Shown: positions 51,301-63,404 of the stretch, one piece after another
How the letters are laid out: every line of letters begins with the position of its first letter
Numbering within the stretch: the stretch's first letter is position 1
NCBI RefSeq assembly: GCF_000315625.1
Contig: NW_005434592.1
Span: 239,225-303,224 of the forward strand
Direction: 5' to 3'
DNA from: Guillardia theta CCMP2712
Taxonomy: Eukaryota > Protista > Cryptophyta
Length of the DNA: 64,000 nucleotides
The notes under the pieces: model-generated
The model's input: the letters and a program-made list of their open reading frames with translations, nothing else
The model's database searches: none
Told to the model about the DNA's origin: nothing
Position numbers and translations under genes: made by a program

Positions 51301-52657
51301 TGGTTGACATCGTCTGACTCCTGGCTATGCGCTGAGCTTCTGCGCCTGAAGAATCTCCCTCCTCCCGCTCGACGACCCGCGTTAGTGGATGGTCGCCTCT
51401 CAATCGCCGAGGCTGTCGGGACTTCATCGCCAGGTTGCAAGTCAACGAGGCCGCGACTAGCAGGCTCCTCTTCCACTATCAGACACTCGTACCGCTCAGT
51501 GATGACCTCTGAAGGCGCCTCCTCTGCCAGCTGGAGCTCGGGGGGGTGGTCCTCACGCGGGGACTCGATCTGCATGTAGTCTGACTCTGCGAGAGGAGGC
51601 TCAGACTCTCGCTGTGCTGGCGCTGTGAAAGGACGCATGACGCTGCTTGACGCTCTCGACACTGACGGCGCCATGGCGACTAACGGCGTCTGGTTTCTGC
51701 TGTAAAAGGTTGCAGAGGAGACGGCAGTGGAGCCTGAGAAGTTTGTAAGGTTTGAAATAAGGTATGGCAACGAAAGAACCTCGAGTTGTGCTCTGAGAAG
51801 AATTCTCTGCTGATTTCACAGCGAAGATGTCTTCTTTCAAGTTCAGCTGCATTCTTATCATCCTGTAATGCAGGTCAGCCATACCGTCATTCGCCGCACG
51901 TGCTGTACCCGGATGTCTTGGGGCGCAGAGACTCGAGGTGCTGGCGATGGTGCGTTGACCCTGAAGCATCACTGAAAGCATCATGGTATCTCTTCTCCTC
52001 GTCGTGACGGCGGGCCCCATGTTGAGAAAGCAACATGCGATCTCGAGTCACAATCCTTGACGCTGACGAGGCCTGAACATAGCACTCAGCCATCACCATC
52101 GCCATGGCAGACTTGTTGGATTTTACCCGACTTTCAACGTCGCTGTGGCCTTTTGTTGAGACTGCAACTTGTATCCCAAAGGCCTTCATCTCCCTTCTAA
52201 GCCTTTCCACGTTGACGATGGCTTCTCCTGTCTTCCCAAGACCTGACTGATCAAGGTTTGTCCGGTACTTCTTCATCAAGACTTGTTCTAGCATCTCCTC
52301 ATTTATCTCCCACTGTGTTGCTATTTCCTCCACAGAAGATTTCATGTTCTGTGCGAACCTGCTGTAAAACAGGAAGAGCCTTTCTTTCAAGCTCAAGTCT
52401 TTGACGTACTTGCTGGTCTCATCGATTGTCCCTCCTCGTTCTGCCTGTGTAGACGTCGGTCTTTCAGGCTGGTTGAGATCGCTCTGCCATATGTCAATGA
52501 TGTCCACGTTTCCGCTCCTCAATCGCGACAATCTGCTGGGAGGCCTCGATGGAACCGAAGTGAAGACAGAGACCGGGGGACGCCTTTGCTGTGCGTTCCT
52601 GCGGTTCGACGCTTCTGCCGTCTTGACATTTCTCTTCCTCAGGATCGGAGTCAGCAT
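45398..52657 (-). CDS. Giant multidomain protein (IQ - LRR - LRR - C2 - cNMP-binding - coiled coil - SAM - EF-hand), 4 exons, about 2373 aa
   Basis: Three 46-nt GT-AG introns (51863-51908, 51734-51779, 51065-51110) join the pieces of four track ORFs in frame. IQ motifs IQRWWRSK, IQRHFRGMR, IQDAWRKH; two LRR blocks; C2-like QLQVTVKR...FDETFQFMI; CNB-like segment; SAM-like WSSEDLQHWL...LTKEDL; EF-hand-like AFKRFDRQDVDEV...FDFISF. Confidence 0.85.
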
Positions 52658-52754
52658 CACCTTCTAGCCTCATGTCATCTCCTCATCTCCTCACTTCCGC
52701 ATCCGCGTTCCTCCATCACATCCTCACCCGCCGCCCATCTCCAACGACAGTGTC

Positions 52755-54270
52755 GCCGAGCTCTTCGGGTCCGATCCGAATCATCAAGCTCACCCCAGAA
52801 CCGCCGCCACTGCCCGGTGCCGCTGAGTCGTCGGACCGTACAGTGAGGCCCCGGCCCGGGTTGCCGACGGCGTCACCGGGACCGGACCGTACGGCGGTTC
52901 TCCGATCGGACCGTCGGACTGTCCGACGGGCGCCGCCGGGCCGCGCCGTCCGGGCCGAGTGACTCAGCCGACGCCCGGCCGCCCGCAGCCTGTGCGGCCG
53001 GGCGGCGGCGGCGCCGCCGCCCAGGCCCATCCGATGATCAGTGCAGGCCGCCCGGCGGCCACCGTCACCGCGGGTCACTGCACTGCCGTGCCGCGCGGCC
53101 GCCGCGGGGCCGGGCCCTCAGTCTCAGTAGCCTGGGCAAGCCTCGGAGTCAGTCTGAGCCCGGCGCCGTGACAGTTCAACGCCGGTTGCGGCACCGGGGC
53201 CGCCGCGCGGCGGGCCCAGTCGCGTGGCACGGTGTCCGTCAGTGCCGCGTGCGCTACCGGGCCCGGGCCGCCCGCCCGGCGTTGCCTGTGGCAGTCACCG
53301 TCAGCTTGAAGCGGCGGGCCCAAGCGCCGCCCGCCGGGCCGGCCGGGCCCAGTGCTAGCCGGCCGCAGAGTCACCCGGTCGGGCGAGAGGACACGACGTA
53401 TCGCTTTTGCTCTGAAACTCGAGATACATCGAGGTGCAGGGAGATCACATCTTTACATTAAATCAGCTCTTTTGGATGTCAGCCTGTCAGTAAGGCAGGG
53501 CCCTCTGCAGGGGTACTAGGGTATCTCCATACAATCTCCTGGCCCTTACGACTCTTTACCACCCTGCTTGGTGCCATGCTAAAATCCACCCTACCCAATA
53601 TCTTCAATGTAAGAACCCCCTACCCTTGTATATAAATACAAAACTTTAACAGCCTACCCCTTTCTTCAACCCTACCCCCTTTGCTAATTTTTCTTGGGGA
53701 TCGAAAGAACACTTCTTCAGGAAGACGATCAACCCGAGAGACCTGATCTCCGAGGGGTGGTACACCCTACCCAATTGAGGAGTTAAAGTTTCAGGATGTC
53801 CTCCCGTGGGGTGGGGTTTACCAGTGCAGCGCAGCAGAACAAGGTGTAGGGTGTTGAAAGGCTGGTGGCTGATAATTCTAGGGGTGGGGTGTAGCTGAAT
53901 TTCCATTCGAACCCTAGAACGAGGGGTGGGGGTAGGGACGCAATCAGATCAATCAAGATTCAGATAAACTGGTTGGAATAGGTGGGGTCCCTGGACGAGG
54001 AAACATGAGGGGTACTGAAAGGAGAAAGAAAGGGTCATTCAGAGAGTCTTTTCTCAAGGGTACTGCAATAGGGGGTAGGGTCATCTAAGGGACGGATCGC
54101 AATCTGAGGGACAGCGTTGGAAAGGGGGTAGGGTGGCATAGCACTCCAAAAAGCACAACCCTACTGTTTCCTAGAGCAGTAGCATGTACCCTTTCATTTC
54201 TCTGCATTTCCACCGGTCCTTGTCGTTCTTTTGACTAGGGGGTAGTAGAATTTCAAGGTGGGGGTAGTTC
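52755..54270. repeat. Composite intergenic element: GC palindrome island (52755-53390) plus CTACCCC/GGGGTAG tract (53500-54270)
   Basis: Hairpin CCGTCGGAC-T-GTCCGACGG (52911-52929), gtgactcag, ctcagtctcagt. The tract switches from ctacccc (53580-53680) to ggggtag (53750-54270). Confidence 0.55.
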
Positions 54271-55010
54271 CCAAGTAAGGCAATGGCTGTTGAGCGCAAA
54301 GCTATCAGGGCGAAGATGCAAAAAGGAGGGCAAAGATGAAGGCAGCGGAAAGAAGAAATGACACCAGATTGTAAAAGTACATGATGATGTCTTCAGCTGA
54401 TTGCTGGGCCACAAACATGCTGTGTAATGATGAAATTCGCCTTTCTCGACTGTTTCGATTTTTTTTGTTGCGATGCGTTGGAATGCATGGTTTTGGCATG
54501 AACTTTGTTCAAGAAGGGGCTAATATGCATTGAAGACATGCAGGTTGTAGTAAAACTGCTTTATATACAGGAAAACGTGATCAAAGAAAAGTGATGTGAT
54601 GATGCAAGACAGAGTTACAAAATAGGTTCTGATTTTTGCTTGCGACGAGTGCACCCACACTTTATCCGTGGAATAACCTACTGTTGTATGCATAGATCTC
54701 CTCCTCCTCCTCCTCTTCCTCCTCTTTGAAGCAATTAGTCTTAAATCTGATGAAAGAGATGGAGATCAGTTTAATCCGGGCTCGTGTACTTTTTGCCCTG
54801 TTGTGTACTACAGCGAGTTTGATCACTTTCACTCTTTGATTTAGAGTTGTCGTTTTCTTTCTGATTATGGTATGTGTTTGCGCAGAGTTCACGTTGGAGG
54901 ATGATTGTTACAGATGATCATCATGTCAGCGATAAGCCGTTGAAATGATACCTTCGATCTCGCATCAACAATTCTATCACCCCCCCCATTAGTCATTGCC
55001 TACTTGCAAG

Positions 55011-56670
55011 ATGCAAGATTTGGTGCAAGAATCCGGCAAGAAGGAACTTCATATAATTTCAGCCAGTACAAATGCTGAAGAAGAAGTTGCTCGACTTGCT
55101 TGGTATTTCTTCAAAGCAACAACAAGGCTATCAAGTGATAATGAAGACATCTTGCCGCAAGAGGACTCGGAAGACATCAAGCTTTCAGTCTTCACAACGT
55201 TTGCAGATCTCTTCCCAGAGGTTGTCGGCGATAATGGTGCAGGAGGTTGCAATGCATGTTGCAGAGCCTGATGTGATTTCTTTTGCAGCTAAGAATAAGA
55301 GGATGAGATTACATTTCAACAAAGTTGGATATCAAATCTATGGCAAAGAACAGAGCAGAAGAGTTCCTGCAGTCAGAGCAAAACCTGGCAATCCAGGTAA
55401 GAACATAATTTCTGATGCATTCCGTGGTGTTCATTAATCTTTGTAATGTTCAAGGCTATGGGTTTCGAAGGGCACGATGGAGAGATACTGAGCTTGACAG
55501 AGATGATAGGGCAAATTGTCAGAAGGTCTTTGTGCTTCGATGTATCCATGTTGACAACTGAATGTGCTGCTAAGATCCTGAAAGAGGCTGGTTGCAACAC
55601 TGACAAGATCAACCAAGTTTGTCTCAAAGTGCAAGAAGTTTGCCGTCTATGGGACTCAGTTCGGAGGCCTTCGCGTCCCGCAGGGCCCGGAAGGTTGACG
55701 AGCTTGACAAGTGAAGAAGAATTCTGAGACTTGTCTGCAGGCCGAGGAGACCAGAAGACATTGGAGTTGCTGTCTCTCCTGTCAAGGTAGATCTGCTCGG
55801 GCACCTTGTAAAGCATTCCAAGGAGGGAGATGAAGTTGTCCCCCACCTTGTGAAAGATGAGGTCAGCCTGTTTGGCTTGTCTCTGCTTGATCTCACAACC
55901 TCCCAGGCTCTGAGTGAGACTGAACTAATCATGGAAGGCGTTTCTGGCAGCATGCAAGTCAAGCTGGCTCATGAAGAAGGGCTTCATGATCGTGCGCCCA
56001 GCATGCATAACGGGATACTTGGAAAACGACGGGGTGAGATGAGCGGGGAGTTGGAGAAGAAGGGCAAGTCGATCACACCAGACGTCATCAAAGACGGGGC
56101 TCACGAATCATCGCAATGCTCGAAAGTTGTGATCTCACTTGATACATCAAGTTGTAAGACCAGATTCCAGGCAGCAGACTCTTCGAAAGAACTCCAGCCG
56201 CTCCTCCTGCCGCCTCTCCGTTTTGTGGAGGGGAATCATTCCTCGAGGTAACGAGCACTCGTCTCTGTCTTTGCTTCCTCGTCCCTTGACATTTCTTGTA
56301 GTCCAGCTTCCCCGAGGACCCTTCCTTCTCTCAGCAGCTTCAGTCGGCTCGAGAAACTTGCCAGTGCTGCCTCGAGGATGCAACAGGTACCGCGAGCCTT
56401 CACCATCTTTGCCCTTGCCTGACGAATTGTATTGGCACGCTAGAACGACGTTCATTCCCTCTCGTGCCCACGAAGTACGATCGAGAAGGAGAACAGCTAA
56501 GGCTGAGAGGTTGTATGCTAATATTCTTTTTTATATGGGAGAGGACACACCAGGAAGAACAAGCCTCGCCCCTCTGGCAATTTTCTCTTGTTTTCCCGTG
56601 TCGAGACTTCACCTCTGCTTTCCCTTGTCTTGTAGATTAACGTTAATGAATCGCAAAGTTTCTGAAAGGT
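55011..56670 (+). CDS. Hypothetical protein with a basic, putative winged-helix-like N-terminal domain, multi-exon; 3' end approximate
   Basis: Spliced: LAWYFFKATTR...VFTTFADLFPEVVGDN|AKNKRMRLHFNKVGYQIYGKEQSRRVPAVRAKPGNP|GYGFRRARWRDT...VCRLWDSVRRPSRPAGPGR. Confidence 0.55.
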
Positions 56671-56692
56671 GAAAGAAATCGATTTAATCGCT

Positions 56693-59600
56693 TCAGGCAA
56701 AGAGGTTTCTAAGGGATGAAATCGTTGCCTGCGGCAAGTCTTGCTGTGTCTGATACTCATCGAGCAGCTTCTTCACCTCCTCCTTGTCTCTCCTGCGCGT
56801 CAGGGTCAGGCAGCAGCGTCACGTCAGTTTCGCTCACTTGGATAGAAAGCGCGAGATGAGTGAAAATCTCTGAGTCTGCCCAATGGACTCGAGGAGGCTC
56901 AGGCCCACCTTGGCCTCAAGTCCTGCATAACCACAACATGAGCTAGCGACAGCGAAGAGTGACCGCAGGATGAGCGGAGAGGAGGAGGAGAAAGAAGAGG
57001 AGGAGGAGAAAGAAGAGGAGGAAGAGGAGAAAGAGCTTCTGCTTGTGGTTGCGGTGGAAGAGGGTTTTGTAGTTGGTACCTGTCGTCCTCAGAAGAGCGA
57101 TGATTTCAGCGATCAGGTCAGCGTCCATCTCGGTCTTGAACAAGCACGGGAAGGGGTTTGGCGGCAGGCTCAGAAGCAGCTGCTTCCTCTCATCCTCCTT
57201 TCCCTTGAGCGACTTCCACCTGCGGAGAAACTCCCGACCGTTGCTGGGAGGCGAGTCAGACGAGGCGGAGGGGCGATGTGAGGAGGAAGCAGGTACTGCC
57301 ACACTCTTGGTCGCGTCCTCTCCTCCGCTAAGCCAGTTCCTCCTCTCCCCCCCCTCTGCCATGGCGTTGAAGCATTTCTTGGCGAGGCCGGGAACAGCGG
57401 CAGAGCTACCGGGGGTGAGGATGATGCCGTGCTCCTTGCCGTCCGTCTTGGTCCTCTGAGGCTTCAGGGACGCGCCCTTGACGTTCTGCTCGAACTGCTC
57501 GAACTCAACTCGCTGAGCGACCGCCTGGAACTTGGCTCTCTCCGTGTCCTTCTTGTGCTCCTCCTCCTCCTTGGCCCTTGCAAGCTCAGCTGCGAGCTTC
57601 TCGTTGGAAATGGCAGCGGATCGCTCCATCTCCCTGCTCTCCCGTTCCTTCCTCCTCCTCTCTGACCTCTTCCACTGAGCCTGCAGCTCCTCCTCTACCT
57701 CCGCCGCTATCCTGTGGTGAAGAAACCTGCTCTCCTTCCTTGCATCAGGCACTACCCTCTCGTACGACACAGCTTCGCCCTTCTTCTTCTTCTCCGCGTT
57801 TTCCTTCGTCTCCTCCAGGTCCTTCCTGACGTCTTCGTCCGGAGCAAGCTGCAGCGCCTCCTCAAGAGCTGCGGCAGCTTTCTCGAACTCTCCCAGGGCA
57901 GCAAGCGCAAGTCCCTTCCTGTGTAGCCCTCGGGGGCAGCGGGGAAGGAGACGGAGGTAGCTCTCCGCGTCATCCAGCGAGCCCTCGAGCCTCCCCAGGT
58001 TGAAGTTTGCGGCCGATCGGTTGAGGAAGCTTGCAGGGTCCTTGGGGTTGAGGAGGATGGCGGAGGAGAAGTCTTCACAGGCCTTCTGCATCCTCCCGCC
58101 CTTGAACGCCTTGATCCCTTCCAGCTTCTTCTTCTCTGCGATCTCCTCCCTCCTCCCCAACTTCAGCCTGAACTTCTCGCCCCCTTTCTTCCCCGGGGGA
58201 ACCACCGCGTCCAGCTTGACGGCTCCCAGCTCGGGGAAGGAGAGAGAGACTGTGACATGGTCTCCTTCCTTGCCCTGCTTCGGCACCTCCACCTCCACCT
58301 CCACCCCCTCGTCCGAGAAAGTTTCAACGCTCTCCGCGCTGAGGGTGCTCCCCTCCCTCATCCTCTGCATCTTCTCATGCCATGCTCGGATGTTCGCGTC
58401 CTCGGGGTCTTGCTTCCTCGCCTCTTCTGCCGCCTCCACCGCCAGATCGAACCTGCCGAGGACGGAGAGCGCTTGTGCCTTCCTCAGATGCCCCTCAGCA
58501 TAGCTCGAGCACCTCTTCACGCTCTCTTCCGCATCCTCCAGCGCCTCCTCCAGCTTTCCAAGCTGAAGGAGAGCGGAAGAACGGCTGCCGAGGAGCAGGT
58601 GATTGTTGGGGTTGAGGTTCAGGGCAGCAGTGAAGCAGCTCGCAGCCTCCGCATAGTCTCCTCGCTCGAAGGCCTTCTTGCCCTCCTCCGTTAGCTTGTC
58701 CTCCTCCTCCTCCTCCTCCTCATTCCCCCACAGCTTCTTTCCTGCTGGAGCCGAGCTCTTCTTGGCTCTGCTGGTCATGTTCCTCCCTCCTGCGCCTCCC
58801 TCCTCACCCTGAAGCTCAGCACTCAGCAATCGAGAAACAACGATTCTGATCTTACCCTCTCAGGAGGAGCAATGGAAGTCGAAGTCGAAGTTTGAGGAGG
58901 AGGAGGAGGAGGAGAGCGATTCGGTTTCTCCTGCATCTTCTTCAAGATTTCCTGCGCTCTCATCAGCCCTCCGATTGTCTGCACGTTGTCTGGCTCGAGA
59001 GCTCTGGCGGTGTTGAAGGACAAGATTGCTTCCTCCGCGCGCTGGAGCTCTAGAAGAGCCTGCCGGCCGGGGATTCAGAGAGGTGATGAGAATCAAAGGA
59101 GGAGAAGAGAGCAGGTAAGGAGGAGAAGAGAGCAGGTAAGGAGGAGAAGAGAGCAGGTAAGGAGGAGAAGAGAGCAGGTAAGGAGAAAGACAAGGGGAAG
59201 GAAGAGAACAAGAGGAAGGAGGACAACAAGAGGAAAGAGGAAACGATTCATGAAGAAGGGGGGGAGTTGGCACAGCAAGATGGAGGAGGAAACCTGTCCT
59301 CTCCGGTAGTGCGCCTTTGGGAAGCTTGGATTCATCTTGATGCAGGTGTCGCAGTCTTCAAGAGCTTCTGCTGCCTTGCCAACCTGTGGGGAGTGAATGA
59401 GAAGCAGGAAGTCAAGAAAACCAGCATGAGCGCACGACGGACAACAAGTAGCAAGGTTGATGGCTGTGCTAAGGAAAGGGCTAGAGGAAAGATGAGGGGG
59501 AGGGCAAGGTGAGAGGAGAAGGAGGAGTAAGGAAAGACTGGAGTTGACGTCACTGACCTGTAGGTACGCTGCAGCTCTGTTGGAATAGAACGTGTGAGGA

Positions 59601-60082
59601 GCACGAGGTCCCGCAAGCTCGATGGCACGAGAGAATGAGCAGATGGCGTCTTCGAACTTGCCCTCCTTGAACGACTTGTTTCCCTCCTCCTTGAGTTGGG
59701 TTGCTTGCAACATCTTCTGCATTCTCCCCTCCTCCTCCTCCTGTGCTGATGACTTGTGAGCTGGCGGCGCCTCCAAGTCCTTCGGTCGCGAAGACGAGAT
59801 CGGCGTCGGGCCATGCTGGCCGATCTCGATGGTCAAGACTTCCTGCACTCTTCCTCCTCCTCGACATATTTCAAGAGAGTGTGACGAGTTCTCAGCATCG
59901 TCCAACGCCATGATCGCGTCCTCGGCGTTCCTGATCTTCTTTCCATCAATGGACAGAATGGTGTCGTCCTCCTTTAGCTCGTCACTCCGTCTTGATCTGC
60001 AATTGGATACCCTGACCGCACCATCGATGGTGGTCAGTGAGAAGTGAAACTTAGAACTGTTTGCCGTGATCGCTGTTACCAT
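56693..60082 (-). CDS. PDZ - TPR x3 - CCDC103-like (dynein-attachment N domain plus RPAP3_C) fusion protein, 6 exons
   Basis: PDZ-like LKEDDTILSIDGKKI; carboxylate-clamp TPRs (LKEEGNKSFKEGKFEDAI..FYSNRAAAYLQ; EEGKKAFERGDY; KLEGIKAFKGG..FLNRSAANF); ELARAKEEEEHKKDTERAKFQAVAQRVEFEQFEQNVKGASLKP; PSNGREFLRRW...LFKTEMDADLI...LESIGQTQRFSLISRFLSK. Intron 58809-58855 links the two long ORFs. Confidence 0.85.
59098..59186. repeat. 21-bp tandem repeat (GGAGGAGAAGAGAGCAGGTAA) x4 in an intron
   Basis: Direct inspection. Confidence 0.92.
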
Positions 60083-60569
60083 CTTGACCCTTCCCGATCT
60101 GTGCAAACAAGTTGTCAGGGTATTGAAATGAGGAGATTGGGGAGTATGAAAAAAATGATATATCATTACAATCATATCTCATAAGGTGTTGACGCATAGG
60201 GGGGGGGTCAATGGTGCAAGGGACTGCTGATCACATGGCAGGTAGCAAACAAACAAGAGATTGAAACAAAATTTATGTCTATTTGAATGTTCTCAAACCA
60301 AATGAGTGCATTTGCTGTCCGCCCTCCTTCTCCCTCCCCACTTATCCCATCTTAAACTCCTTGCCTCGCTTTGCCCCGTCTGGCTACCTCTCTCCCTTCC
60401 CCGCTCTCCTCACCCAACCTCCCTCACTCCTCGCTCGAGCTATCGTGCTCTCTCCTCTCCTGCTCTCCTGCTCTCCTGCTCTGTCCTGCGTTCTCCTGCC
60501 ATACTCCTCCATCGCCTCGCCTCTGCTCTGGCTCGGGCACCCATGGCATGTTTCAACGCAAACGAATTC

Positions 60570-60680
60570 GCTCATCACCCCACCCTTGCCTTGGAGCTCT
60601 TGAATACCGGTGATGGTAATTCGGATACCCCATTGGAACAAGGGGAAAGTACCGGTACTCAAATTTCCGAGTGGGGTTGG
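60570..60680. promoter_or_regulatory. Short G/C-tract element with palindrome AGTACCGGTACT between divergent genes
   Basis: The palindrome at 60648-60659 is identical to the one at 24439-24450; also gatacccc and gtggggttgg. Confidence 0.35.
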
Positions 60681-61136
60681 TGAATTTGAGATGGTCAATG
60701 GCGTTGAGGTTGGTCGAGGGCGAGGATGGGCGAGGGGGATGGAAGGAGAAGGATAAGGAGGATGATGAAGATGATAGAGAACTGACATGTATGAGGAAGA
60801 AGAGGGGAAACTTGAAGGACGTAAGAGAGCTGAACAGCAGATACTGCTGGAGATCAAGAATTAACAGATTGATTTGCATGACATTGTTGTCTTGAGAATA
60901 GCTCACCTGAGCTTCTTCATGTTGATGATTGCCTCCAATTTCACAATTTTTTGGTGTTTTGGTTCTTGTGTGCGTGTTTATTTCATCATTTCTATACGTA
61001 TTCTCCTTGTTTTCACCTTGTCTATTTATTCTTGTACGTGAAATGCGCTGGATTGCATGGGCTCGATGCACTGCACAATGGAAGAGAACATAACGAATGC
61101 TGTGAAGAATGCAAGCAGTCTCTTTTTTGTTTGAAC

Positions 61137-62372
61137 ATGGAAATGTGCAGGAAGACGATGGAAGGAGGATCGATCGTATCATCTCATGCCATGGTTCATG
61201 CGTATGACACAGCTGCTGCAAGCTTGAGTTATGACCCGGAGCTTGTCGCCTCTGAACAAGCATCTGCATACCTTCCTGTAACCAGTAGCAGGCAGAGAGC
61301 TTGTAACTTTCCTTACTATGACTCTCAGGAAACGCAACGTAACCAGGAGAGGTCGAAGTTTGCTCAGCTGGACTCTATCCGATCGTGGTTCAATGACGAA
61401 CTTGACAAGTTAGAAAAGCGAAGAGACAAGGGGCTGTTCACACAAGATCAAGTGTGTTGCATGTAAATGCTGTATGTCGCTGATGCAGTTTGCACGCAGC
61501 TTGACTCAGAAGTTGCTCTTCTGATCAAAGAGCGAGACTTGAAGCTGAACTGGTTATCTTCCAAGAACGATGGAGGTCGAGGGTGCTATCGTGCCAACAA
61601 GCGCAGGCGCGGAACGAATGACGTGAGTAGCTTGACATGAATCAGTGTGGATGTACTCTATTCATTGTGATGTGCAGAATCATATTGTATCCACCACTGA
61701 AGGATTGCCCGAAGAAGTTTCTCGCCCTGCTTGTACACAGGATGTGATTCCAGTAGCGTACAGCATGATTACGTGACATGCTTGCTCTGCTGATTGCAGC
61801 TGCTTATTCCTCCTCGTCCTAGCAGGCAAGGGGCATGTCTGCCATCCATGGTCACTTGGTGGATTCCTCCATTACGATCCCGGCATGACGTGAGCGGTCC
61901 TTTTGACCTGCTGCTGTCTGATCATTGTCCAGCACTCGATGCTGTCAGATTTCATGCTCAAGTCCCGGAGACGGAGAAGCGCAGATAGCAGAGTTATGCA
62001 CCCAGGTAGTCTCGGATCCCCTTGATGTCAGATGACTCTGTGCAACAGGCTCGGGCAAGAGAGGACGTGACAAACGATGTGCAAGGCAATTTAGGTAGGA
62101 AAGCAGAACGGGATTGGGAGGAGGGCCAAAGAGCAGGGGCTGGAATTAAAGTTTTGGTCGCAGGTTTAAGTGGGATGTCATCAAAACTTATGAGACCTAC
62201 CGGATGCTCAAAGCTGAGGGGAAGGTCGACGATCCATGCCTGGTCAGTTCACAGAGCTCCACCTCAGTTCTCCGAGACTCAATTACCTTTGTCCTCAGAT
62301 TACAGCGAAGTTGTTCAATGTGAACAAATCTCAAGTCAGCTCGTGGTACAAGCAGCGAGAGATGATTCGTGA
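61137..62372 (+). CDS. Hypothetical multi-exon protein; ends approximate
   Basis: Helical conserved-looking core KFAQLDSIRSWFNDELDKLEKRRDKGLFTQDQ|LDSEVALLIKERDLKLNWL with GT-AG introns. Confidence 0.45.
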
Positions 62373-62797
62373 AAAGGTAGCTATGCAGTGATGTTCGCGA
62401 GGCATTCTTAGCTTTGTTCAGCTCGGAGAGTTGGGAGCTGTAAATATTTCTTTGGACTCGGACAGCATGGTGAACAACCTATGAACAACTTGTGTTTTGA
62501 ATTCCTCTGTTCTCCTATACTTCTCCCCATCCCTCCCTTGCTCATTTCGTCAATGAGACTTTTGCAGGGACATGAGCTGACGTGTTCATCGGCGGTGGAG
62601 CGGTCTGCTGGGTGAGGATAGAGATTTTTACTGAGCTATTTCACACCTTACTATTGTGTTCTCAGTGGCACGTCAGATATGAGCATGATTTGAAGATTAG
62701 TCTTTTTTGCACGACCACATTCTCGTACTGTATTTACACCATTGTATGCAAAAATGAAAGAATATACATTGTATGTTTGAGGTACTGAGCTGACCAA

Positions 62798-63196
62798 TTA
62801 TTTTAACCTGTTCATGACGTCTTCGAGCCGATGATCCTGCTCCATCGCTTTTCGAATCTGAGCAACGTGAATCCTGAACATCTCTCCATCTTCCTTCAAC
62901 CCGAAGCGAACGGCGAGGCATGCAGGAATCCCATCTCCTTCCCCGCAGACGACTGGCGACTGATGTGTTTGCAAGGAAGTGTCACCATTGCCGAAATAGT
63001 TGGCGAAGATCTCTCCAGCCGTGGGGAGAATAATTGTCGTGCGTACATAGGGTGGCTTGTTCTTGCAACTGTCATCTTGACAGTCATCGATGCCTTCATC
63101 CCAATCCCTGCTTTCAAAGCTAAACGAGATGGAGCGTTTCAGCATGACCAAGAACCCGCAAGTCTGAGAAGACTCAAATTCTCGTTCTAGGGACAA
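62798..63196 (-). CDS. Hypothetical protein fragment; full extent unresolved
   Basis: 132-codon ORF with natural composition, bordered by splice-like sites. Confidence 0.35.
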   Translation of the reverse strand: MSLEREFESSQTCGFLVMLKRSISFSFESRDWDEGIDDCQDDSCKNKPPYVRTTIILPTAGEIFANYFGNGDTSLQTHQSPVVCGEGDGIPACLAVRFGLKEDGEMFRIHVAQIRKAMEQDHRLEDVMNRLK

Positions 63197-63404
63197 GACT
63201 ATCCTGTAGCAGCAAGAGGCCCTCTACCAACTCAGTAAAGCTTGACAGAGGAAAATGGCGAATTGCTGTTCAGTGTTGCAGGCAACTGTAGATGCTGACA
63301 CGCTGCGCCAGCACCTATACAATCAGCTTCCCTTCAAGCTCATGGCGATTCTGCACCTCAGATAGCAGCACCCGCTCCTCGTCTTGCCTGGACGCATCCT
63401 CCCT

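Noticed and set aside
59098-59186. Repeated perfect splice donors (CAGGTAAG) suggesting micro-exons
   Set aside because: They are on the non-transcribed strand; on the gene's strand the repeat is a pyrimidine-rich intron tract.
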